This document shows positions 17,411-24,700 of a DNA stretch of 39,650 bases, one piece after another. The position numbers were made by a program, and so were the translations under genes. The notes beneath the pieces were generated by a model. That model saw nothing but the letters and a program-made list of their open reading frames with translations. It ran no database searches and had not been told where the DNA came from. Each line of letters begins with the position of its first letter. Position 1 is the first letter of the stretch. Source of the DNA: an uncultured Candidatus Saccharibacteria bacterium. Its GTDB lineage: Bacteria > Patescibacteriota > Minisyncoccia > Minisyncoccales > Staskawiczbacteraceae. The stretch spans positions 1 to 39,650 of the forward strand of contig CAZQBZ010000002.1 of the NCBI GenBank assembly GCA_964592355.1, given 5' to 3'.

Positions 17411-18099
17411 AGCTGTCAATAATAATTCCCGCATATAACGAGGAAAAAACAATAGAAGAAATCATTAAAAGGGTTTCCCGGGTTTTATTGCCTGTCTCCA
17501 AAGAGATAATAGCGGTTGACGATAAGTCAACAGATAAGACTTTGGAAATTTTGGAAGGATTGCGGGATAAATACAGCCTCGTTATTGTCAGGCATTCCGA
17601 AAATTCGGGAAAAGGGTCGGCAATACGATCAGGCCTTAAAAAGGCATCGGGGGATTTTGTTATAATACAGGATGCCGACCTGGAATATAACCCGGAGGAT
17701 TACGAAAAATTATTGAAGCCATTTTTGGAAAATAATGCCCAGGTTGTTTACGGGTCTCGCATCATGGGTGGCAAAAAACGCGGCAAGCTTGCGTTTTATC
17801 TTGGAGGAAGGGGTGTAACCTTAATGACAAATATAATTTGCGGAATAAATATCACTGATGAGCCGACTTGTTATAAGGTTTTTAAAAAGGATTTGTTGGA
17901 TTCGCTTGATTTGCAGTCCAAGGGTTTTGAATTCTGTCCCGAGGTGACGGCTAAAATCGCCAAACGCAAGATTAAAATTTTTGAAGTGCCGATTTCATAC
18001 AATCCCAGGGGAAAGTCAGAGGGCAAAAAGATAAAATGGAGGGATGGATTTGTGGCGATATGGACTTTGTTAAAATGCAGGTTTTGGTATAATAAATAA
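17407..18099 (+). CDS. GT2-family polyprenyl-phosphate glycosyltransferase (DPM1/GtrB-like)
   Basis: LSIIIPAYNEE, AVDDKSTDKT, VIIQDADLEYNPEDY. Soluble, 230 aa. Confidence 0.85.
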   Translation: MKLSIIIPAYNEEKTIEEIIKRVSRVLLPVSKEIIAVDDKSTDKTLEILEGLRDKYSLVIVRHSENSGKGSAIRSGLKKASGDFVIIQDADLEYNPEDYEKLLKPFLENNAQVVYGSRIMGGKKRGKLAFYLGGRGVTLMTNIICGINITDEPTCYKVFKKDLLDSLDLQSKGFEFCPEVTAKIAKRKIKIFEVPISYNPRGKSEGKKIKWRDGFVAIWTLLKCRFWYNK

Positions 18100-18897
18100 A
18101 TGGATTTGATTTTGTTTTCGGGGTATTTTTTTGTTTTTATTCTGGGCTTGTGCATAGGCAGTTTTTTAAACTGCGTTATATACAGGATGGAGCAGGACAA
18201 AAAAATAACAGGACGAAGTTTTTGCCCCCATTGCAAGAAAACTTTAAGATGGATAGACTTGATTCCTGTTTTAAGTTTTATTTTTTTGGGCGGAAAATGC
18301 AGGCATTGCAAGAATAAAATCTCATGGCAATATCCTGCGGTTGAGCTGGCAACGGGACTGTTATTCCTGTTGATTTTTAATTATGTTATTGCGGGTTTGA
18401 CCCGCAATCCAGGCGACTGGACTCCAGCTTTCGCGGGAATGGCATTTTATTTTTACATTGTAGCTTCGCTCGTCGTCATTTTCGTTTACGACCTGAAACA
18501 TTATTTGATTCCTGATAAAATTTTAATTCCCGCCACGATAATTGCCATAGCTTATATAATTTTAACGTCTCAAAATTTCTTAAACTATCTTTTTGCATCC
18601 GTTGCGGCTTCCGGATTTTTTTTGGCAATATATTTGTTTTCGGGTGGCAGAGCAATAGGCTTTGGCGATGTAAAACTGGCGGTTTTAATGGGTTTTTTGC
18701 TGGGATTTCCCGATATTCTGGTGGCCCTATTCTTTGCTTTTGTAATTGGTGCTATAATAGGAGTAATATCCATACTTTTAAATAAGAAAAATTTAAAAAG
18801 TGAAATTCCGTTTGGTCCGTTTCTGATTTTTGGCACCTTCCTTGCGCTTTTTTTCGGCCAGCAAATAATCGTCTGGTATTTCAATATTTTTGCATAA
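18100..18897 (+). CDS. pilD: Prepilin peptidase / N-methyltransferase PilD (A24 family)
   Basis: GSFLNCVIYR; CPHC...CRHC zinc motif; catalytic Asp motifs VYDLKHYLIPD and GFGDVKLAVLMG. The start abuts the GT2 stop. Confidence 0.92.
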   Translation: MDLILFSGYFFVFILGLCIGSFLNCVIYRMEQDKKITGRSFCPHCKKTLRWIDLIPVLSFIFLGGKCRHCKNKISWQYPAVELATGLLFLLIFNYVIAGLTRNPGDWTPAFAGMAFYFYIVASLVVIFVYDLKHYLIPDKILIPATIIAIAYIILTSQNFLNYLFASVAASGFFLAIYLFSGGRAIGFGDVKLAVLMGFLLGFPDILVALFFAFVIGAIIGVISILLNKKNLKSEIPFGPFLIFGTFLALFFGQQIIVWYFNIFA

Positions 18898-19544
18898 TGT
18901 CATTGAATAAAAACAAAAAATTTAGCAAGGGCTCAACCTTAATAGAGGTTATTGTTTCTATTTCCATTATTGCAATATTTTCTGTAATTATTGTCACGGA
19001 TTTTCCAAAAATAAAAAGGCAATTTGCGATTTCCAGGGCTTCTTACGCGGTGTCGCAATCAGTGAGAAAGGCCGAGGACCTTGGTTTCTCCGGGGCGCAA
19101 GTTACAGATAGCGATGGCGACATAGTGGAGACAAATGGATACGGATTTTATATCAATACTGCCGAAAATGAAGAGGAGCATATAATTTATGCCGACACTG
19201 ATGGCGGAGAAGATCAGAGATTCAGCGGAGGAAGCAGCTGCTCTAATACTCAAATTCCATCCGGAGAAGATTGCATTGTCGAGCTGACTAATATTGCGGA
19301 GTCAGAACAAGAAGTTTTTATAAAAGGGGTTTATAGCCTTACCGCCTGCGGAAATAGCGACATCACCCTTTGTCCAAGAACAGAATGGGTAAGTATAAAT
19401 TTTATGCCCCCGAATCCCACGGTAAAGATCACCAATGACCTGGGAGAAACCGAAACTAAAATAGGCATTGTTTTGGGGGTCAAAAATGACGAGGCGGAAA
19501 GGGTTATTTTTGTAAATTCAACAGGTTTGATTTATGTCAAATAA
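18897..19544 (+). CDS. Minor pilin / pseudopilin-like protein
   Basis: FSKG|STLIEVIVSISIIAIFSVIIV prepilin-type N-terminus with E+5. The ATG overlaps the pilD stop (TAATG). Confidence 0.75.
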   Translation: MSLNKNKKFSKGSTLIEVIVSISIIAIFSVIIVTDFPKIKRQFAISRASYAVSQSVRKAEDLGFSGAQVTDSDGDIVETNGYGFYINTAENEEEHIIYADTDGGEDQRFSGGSSCSNTQIPSGEDCIVELTNIAESEQEVFIKGVYSLTACGNSDITLCPRTEWVSINFMPPNPTVKITNDLGETETKIGIVLGVKNDEAERVIFVNSTGLIYVK

Positions 19545-20109
19545 TTCAAATAAAAACAACTCCAGAGGTTTTACTTTAATAGAACTTATTATATCTATTG
19601 TTGTTTTGTCTGTTGCTGTGATAGGGGCGTACAATGCTTTCACCACAATGGATATTTTAACCGCCAGTTCCACTGACAGGTTTGTGGCGGCATATTTGGC
19701 TCAGGAGGGAATAGAAATAGTAAGAAATATACGAGACACCAATTGGATACGCAATGATGATTGGAGAGAGGGCCTTTATGAAGAAGGGGTTGTAGACTGC
19801 ACCACAAATGGATGCCAGGCCGATTATAAAACCTTTGGCGAGTCTTCAACTCCGCTCGTGGCATACGCCGGTCAAAATTTATATATTGACGAGAATGGGT
19901 TTTATAACTACGCCTCGGGGACGCAGACAAAGTTCAGGAGAAAGATAGTTATAATTCCCATGCAGACGCTGGAAGAAAAAGACGACATACTTAGGGTTAT
20001 AGTGACAGTTTATTGGGATGAAAAGGCCAACATTTTCAGTTCTAGTCCATGCGCCAACGAGGCTGATTGCAGCATAGAGGCCGAAGAATATTTATATAAT
20101 TGGTATTAA
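19534..20109 (+). CDS. Minor pilin, PilV-like
   Basis: NSRG|FTLIELIISIVVLSVAVIGAYNAF prepilin N-terminus. Overlaps the previous gene by 11 nt. Confidence 0.75.
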   Translation: MSNNSNKNNSRGFTLIELIISIVVLSVAVIGAYNAFTTMDILTASSTDRFVAAYLAQEGIEIVRNIRDTNWIRNDDWREGLYEEGVVDCTTNGCQADYKTFGESSTPLVAYAGQNLYIDENGFYNYASGTQTKFRRKIVIIPMQTLEEKDDILRVIVTVYWDEKANIFSSSPCANEADCSIEAEEYLYNWY

Positions 20110-20117
20110 AAAAGTTA

Positions 20118-20167
20118 TAGACGCACGACGTCTGTCAAAAATCCGCCCGAGTTGCGACTTGGCGGGA
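20118..20167. repeat. GC-rich palindromic elements upstream of the third minor pilin gene
   Basis: TAGACGCACGACGTCT (20118-20133) is the reverse complement of the 29000-29015 hairpin. AAAATCCGCCCGAGTTGCGACTTGGCGGGA resembles 14937-14966. Confidence 0.65.
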
Positions 20168-20173
20168 AATGTG

Positions 20174-20824
20174 ATGAATAACAAAGGTTTCACACTTATA
20201 GAATTGATCGTTGTAATGTCTGTTTTTATGCTTATAGTTGCTGTTGCGATCGCGATTTTTCTTTCAATAATATCAAGCCAAAGAAGAATTTTAGCCCAAG
20301 AACAAATGCTCAGCCAGGTCAGTTATGCCATGGAGTATATGTCAAAAGGCCTTAGAATGGCGCAAAAAGATGAGGACGGAGTTTGCCTTGTGCACACTGA
20401 CAGCAATGGCGAGGTTACGCAAAGTTTTCCAGGATATATGTATTTATATACAAGACCAGATTCTCAGACTTCTGTGTATAAAGGAATTAAATTCATAAAC
20501 GCGTCTAATGATGCCGCCTGCCAAGAGTTTTTTTTAGCCGACGGCGATGGAAGCAATAATACCATAAAAGAGCTTAAAGATTCCACAAGCGACAATGACG
20601 CCTCCCTTCTGACAGCAGATAAATATAACATCAATTATTTCAGATATAGCATTAATGGAGGAAGCGGATTGAGCTCAGAGGGAATATATGGAGCCTCAGA
20701 AGACAACACATTGCAACCAAGGGTTACCATAATTATGGGTTTTGAATTGCCTGGAGACGAGACCCAGCCTGAAATTAAAATCCAGACAACAGTTTCGCAA
20801 AGAAATTTAAATGTTTCCCAATAA
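20174..20824 (+). CDS. Minor pilin, PilW-like
   Basis: MNNKG|FTLIELIVVMSVFMLIVAVAIAIF. The ORF track starts at 20159 on a non-ATG codon; I prefer the ATG at 20174. Confidence 0.7.
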   Translation: MNNKGFTLIELIVVMSVFMLIVAVAIAIFLSIISSQRRILAQEQMLSQVSYAMEYMSKGLRMAQKDEDGVCLVHTDSNGEVTQSFPGYMYLYTRPDSQTSVYKGIKFINASNDAACQEFFLADGDGSNNTIKELKDSTSDNDASLLTADKYNINYFRYSINGGSGLSSEGIYGASEDNTLQPRVTIIMGFELPGDETQPEIKIQTTVSQRNLNVSQ

Positions 20825-21749
20825 AACTTCAAAAATAAATAAGGATCAAAAGGGAGTTTCGCTTATTATTTCTTTTTTCATAATGGTGATTATTGTTGCC
20901 ATTGTTTTAGCAATTACAACTTTGCTTTATAATGAAATAAAGATGATAAGAAATATTGGAAATTCGGTTGTGGCTTTTTATGCGGCCGACAGCGGGATTG
21001 AAAAGGTGCTTTATTATGACAGAAAGGTGATCCCTGTCGGGAGCAGAGGGCTATGCTCTATGGTTGAATATAATGCAACGACAAATGACACAGCTTGCCC
21101 GACCAAGGCTCAGATTTCAAGCATCAATTCGGCTCTTAATTGTAACCAGGTTCCGGGAGTTGATTTTAAAGTTATTAACGATGCGACAAAAACAGAAGGA
21201 TGCGATCCGGAAGTATGCAATAACTGCACGATCACATTCGCCACCGATTTCCCCTCAGAAACCGCAAATAATGGAAAAAAATATACCGTATCCGCAAGGG
21301 TGGCGCCGAATTCCGAAGGTGAGATAGAACTTACAATAGATTCTTTGGGCGAATACAAAAGGTTGACCAGAAAAGTTGAGTTGTTTAATGCCGGAACGAC
21401 AGCTCAAGACCTTTTGGCCATAACAGGAGCTTATGCGGAGCCGTTGTCATATCCTGTCGCAAGCTGTACAGCCGGCCAAGGCGTAAACATTGTGGTCAGG
21501 GCTAAATCGGTGAATGTCATCAGCAATGCTTCAGCTTATATTAAAACCTCATGGGATCAAGACTATAGCACAATACCATCGGATAGGATTGTCAGTTTGA
21601 TGCTTTCAGAAGGAACCATCAATGATGGAGAATTTTCGGCAATATGGTGCGGGCCGGAGGGAAGCTATTATGTGGACGTAGTTGTTACCGACGAAGCCGG
21701 ATATTCTGTGAGCGTGGAAAACATTCAACCATTTTATTTTGAGTGGTAA
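20811..21749 (+). CDS. PilX-like minor pilin / pilus-associated protein
   Basis: DQKG|VSLIISFFIMVIIVAIVLAI is a pilin-like hydrophobic N-terminus without E+5, as in PilX-type proteins. Overlaps the previous gene by 14 nt. Confidence 0.6.
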   Translation: MFPNKTSKINKDQKGVSLIISFFIMVIIVAIVLAITTLLYNEIKMIRNIGNSVVAFYAADSGIEKVLYYDRKVIPVGSRGLCSMVEYNATTNDTACPTKAQISSINSALNCNQVPGVDFKVINDATKTEGCDPEVCNNCTITFATDFPSETANNGKKYTVSARVAPNSEGEIELTIDSLGEYKRLTRKVELFNAGTTAQDLLAITGAYAEPLSYPVASCTAGQGVNIVVRAKSVNVISNASAYIKTSWDQDYSTIPSDRIVSLMLSEGTINDGEFSAIWCGPEGSYYVDVVVTDEAGYSVSVENIQPFYFEW

Positions 21750-21758
21750 TATTAATAA

Positions 21759-24700
21759 ATGCGGAAACATTTTTTAAAAATATTTTTTGGACTTTTCGCG
21801 GCATTCATCGGATGGTTTTTGATGCCCCAGATTGTCGGCGCCCAATTTCCCAGTTTTGAATATTATTCTGAACACGCGTATCCGGACGCTGCAAATTTTT
21901 CAGCTGTAGATACTTATACATCCGTAGTTTTTACAGCCACGGTAACGGATATTTCCGGCGTCAATTCAGTTAACGCCATTATAGAAGACGCTAATGGAAA
22001 CCAAATTGGAGACTGGGAAAGAATGTATGACGACGGATACCACGAGGATATGATTGCCGGAGACAACATTTATGGAGCTTTCTTCAGCCTGGACGGATTA
22101 AATGTAAACGGAACTTATTATCTTACTCTTCGCACAACAGACAATCTTTACAATAGCAGTTACGTAAAAAATCCCGATGGCAGTTATACCGAAGTTTATA
22201 AAAGGGCCGCCCTGGTCACAATGAGGCCGGTTTATTGCAACCCAGAATCGGAATCCGCATCACCCAGGCTTTGTATTAAGATAGACATAACAAACCCAAA
22301 AACAATATCAACCTTCACCGTAACTCCTAATTCAATTGAAGATCCTCAAGCTGTAACCCTTACCGCCACTTTGTCTGTTGCTTTGGCGGGACAGCTGATA
22401 ACTTTTAAGGATTTAAGCACGGGCCAAATTATAGGATATGGCTTCACTGACTCCTCGGGAAGCGTTTCGGTGGGTTATGTGCCCGCTCAAACGGCCACGC
22501 TTCAAGCAGTGTATATGGGCGACGCTTTGCGCAAAATTCCTCCATCATACAAAGAAGCCAGTGTAACAGTTGCGAATGCTGGCTCTTGTCAGACTTCTGG
22601 TTTAGTTATATTGTGTCTTGCCCCGATAGGCCCTTCCAACCCAGACACACTGGAATCTTTAACAACAAATGTATCTGGCAATATTGTTGCAGGCCAGGAG
22701 GTCACATTTACTGCGACTATGTCCAGAAGCGTTGCAAGGGCTGGGCAAACAATTTACTTTAGGGATAATGACACAAATGTGCTTTTGGGTTCGGCGGTTA
22801 CTGACTCGGTCGGGCATGCATTTTTCACATACAGGCCGGCTTTTGCGGCCACTCAGGGCCACAGAATAGACGCAATTTATTCTGGGAATCCATTGCTGGG
22901 GCTTGCCCCTTCTTACAAGAGCGTTATGCTTTTTGTCACAGGTTCTTGCGCTGATTCAAACAGTGCCAGCCTTTGCATTGAGCCGACTGTTTCGAATCCA
23001 AACACCATTTCATCATTTACTCTTTCTGCAACAAACAATGAGATGATGCTTTCTGAATATGTAACTATGACAGCCACCTTGTCTACGCCAATAGCGGGCC
23101 AGACAATTTACTTTGTGGATAGATATACTAATGTCACCATAGGCACAGCCACCACAAATTCATCGGGCGTTGCCACAATCACATATCAGCCGGTCTTTAC
23201 TGGCCCCCACGTTTTGGAAGCCCTATACTTTGGCAACTATCTTTTGGATATGGATCCAAGCTTTAAACAACAAACTCTTACGATAACTAATGAGGGTTAT
23301 TGCTATATCTCGGGACTGGTATTGCTCTGCGAAGAAGGTTTACCGATGTGGACGCAAGCAACAATGACGTTTGAGTTAAGTGATTACGATGTTACCGCCG
23401 AGGACACAATTACTTTAACTGCTACAATGTCGGCTCCGTTGGCGGGAATAAACATAACATTCTCAGACAGCACGGCGGGCATAACAATCGGAACCAGACA
23501 GACCAACAGTCAGGGGGTTGCGTCAATCACCTATCAAATTCCAACGACAACCGTCACTTCAACCCATGTGATGAGAGCCGTAAACGGCAGCAATGCCCAG
23601 ACATTAAACCAAAACTTAAATATCACAGCCTTGCCATTAATAGGGTCTCTTGTTCTGGCTCCAACTTCAGTCACTGCCGGAGAATCTGTTTTGATGACGG
23701 CCACAATGGCTCCGGCAATGCAGAATGTATCAGTCACTTTTTATGATGTCACTGCCGGAACGACAATTGGCACCTCGACAACCAATTCATCTGGAGTAGC
23801 TACGCTTACATACAATACCCCATTGAGCCTTACCAATGGCAACCATACAATCAGGGCCCAGAGAAACGACAGCCTCAGGGAAGGAACGGCTACCCTTGTG
23901 GTATCAGCAGTGTGCCAGGTGTCTGGTTCCGCAACACTTTGTTTGCAGGGACCGCCTGCGATAGGAAATCAAAACACGATTTCGTCACTTAATTTATCAA
24001 GCAGTACTATTAATATATCAGAATGGGTAACGATGACGGCCACTCTTTCTACTCCAATTCCGGGACAAACAATCTATTTTATTGACAGAAATGCCAGCCA
24101 GATAGGCACGGCTGTTACTAATTCAGACGGAATAGCTACATATTCATTTCAGCCTGCATTTACCGGACCCCACACAATAGAAGCCCTTTATAACGGCAGT
24201 TACTTGTATGGCCTTGCTCCGTCGTATAAACAGCAAACACTTACCGTAAACGCCAATGCGAATTGCCAGATTTCCGGCTCAACTTTGTTGTGCATAACTG
24301 CCACTCCCGCAATCAATAATTCCACAATGGCCACCAGCTTAAGCGTGCCGTCTGTGCAAGCCGAGGGCACCGTAACAGTGATAGCCCAAATGTCTGCCGC
24401 ATTGCCAGGCATAATGATTACATTTAGAGATGTTACAAGCAGTACGGCCTTAGGCACAGTGCCAACTGATGCAACAGGCAGAGCATCAGTTAATTACAGA
24501 ATTCCAACGGGTACGGCCTCGGGCACTCATACAATTACCGCCGTTAACGCAAGCAATGGTGAAACTGACACGGTTTATCTGGAAATTTCCGACCTTCCGC
24601 TTATAGGTTCCATAACATTAAATCCGACGACAATATCAGCCGGAGAATCCACGACAGTCACAGCCGTTACCGCGCCAGTTCTTGCCGATGTGTCAATTAC

